DNA from: Chiloscyllium plagiosum
Lineage: Eukaryota
DNA: 63,146 nucleotides
Reading direction: 5' to 3'
NCBI RefSeq assembly: GCF_004010195.1
Contig: NC_057749.1
Coordinates: 11,715,880-11,779,025, forward strand
Below the pieces are notes generated by a model. That model did no database searches. It was not told the origin of the DNA and saw nothing but the letters and a program-made list of their open reading frames with translations. Shown piece by piece: positions 62,190-63,146 of the stretch; within the stretch, counting starts at the first letter, position 1, and each line of letters opens with the position of its first letter. The translations under genes and the position numbers were made by a program.

Positions 62190-63146
62190 AATTAAAATAT
62201 CATCACCATCACTAAAGTAGTAGTATTAGACAAAATGGCGAAAGTGAGGACTGCAGATGCTGGAGATCAGAGTCTAGATTAGAGTGATGCTGGAAAAGCA
62301 CAGCAGGTCATGCAGCATCCAAGGAGCAGGAAAATCAGTATTAGACAAAATAATGGGTCTACAGGCAGATAAATCCCTGGGCCTGGTCATGTGGCTTGCA
62401 TCCTAGGATCCTAAAAGAGATAGCTAGAGAGATAGTGGAGGCATTGGTTGTAATTCTCCAAAATTCCTTTGATTCTGGAGAAGTACCAGAGGATTGAAAA
62501 ACTGCTCGTGTCACACCTCTATTAAAAAAAGGAGGGAGGCAAAAAGGAGTTAACTATATGCCGATTAGCCTAACATCTACTGTTGGAAAAGTATTGAAAT
62601 CAATATTTAAGAAAGTAACAGCAGAACAGTTAAAAAAATCTTTATTTCACCTATATGTGGAACTGCAGGAGGTGGGGAAGATACTAAATGAGTATTTTGC
62701 ACCAGCGTTTGCTGTGGAGAAGGATATAGAAGCTAGGGAACTTTAAGAAGGAAGTATGTGTCAGATATAGACAGGATAGATCGCATTAATCCTTAGAAGA
62801 GTAGAAAGGCAGTAGGAATATACTTAAGGGAGAAATCGGGAGGGCAAAAAGGGGACATGAGATAGCTTTTGCAAATGGGATTAAGGAGAATCCAAAGGGT
62901 TTTTACAAATACATTAAGGACAAAGAGTAACTAGGGAGAGAATAGGGCCCCTCAAAGATCAGCAAGGCAGCCTTTGTGTGGAGCCGCAGGAGATGGGGAA
63001 TATACTAAACAAGTATTTTGCATCAGTATTTACTGTGGAAAATGACATGGAAGATATAGATTGTAGGGAAATAGATGGTGACATCTTGAAAAATGTCCAA
63101 ATTACAGAGGAGGAAGTGCTGGATGTCTTTAAACGCATAAAAGTGG
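62190..63146 (+). mobile_element. CR1 ORF2 fragments (several, rearranged)
   Basis: PISLTSTVGKVL, ILNEYFA, KENPKGFYKYIK segments. Confidence 0.8.
62237..62336 (-). mobile_element. 100-bp PLE pLTR tip with perfect 15-bp TSD
   Basis: TSD AGTATTAGACAAAAT (62222-62236 / 62337-62351). Confidence 0.8.

Noticed and set aside
1..63146. Prokaryotic system (CRISPR array, operon, defence island)
   Set aside because: The sequence is spliced vertebrate DNA; the ~33-bp arrays are contiguous degenerate tandem units without unique spacers, and no cas-like ORFs are present

Overview
Vertebrate genomic DNA, almost certainly an elasmobranch, probably a carpet/bamboo shark (inferred from HE1-type V-SINEs with (TCTAA)n tails, SacSINE1/DeuSINE-type SINEs and dense CR1 LINEs). 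It holds two convergent genes in the same arrangement as human 15q13.1. On the + strand are the last four coding exons of FAM189A1/ENTREP2 (2198-7902). On the - strand is the complete coding sequence of APBA2/Mint2/X11L: 12 coding exons from 39855 to 10481, 724 aa, including the 36-nt alternative PTB microexon. Their putative polyA signals lie about 190 bp apart. Most of the rest is decayed CR1 LINEs, SINEs, two Tc1/mariner-type MITEs and minisatellites. The most striking feature is a large population of Penelope-like element (PLE) insertions from at least four families. Many are short, non-coding, inverted (palindromic) terminal-repeat-only inserts flanked by 12-15 bp target-site duplications and carrying minimal type I hammerhead ribozyme motifs; the youngest (46391-46862) has a perfect 139-bp inverted repeat and an intact hammerhead core on each strand. 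Gene and family names rest on my recognition of the sequences, not database searches; repeat boundaries are approximate unless a TSD is given.
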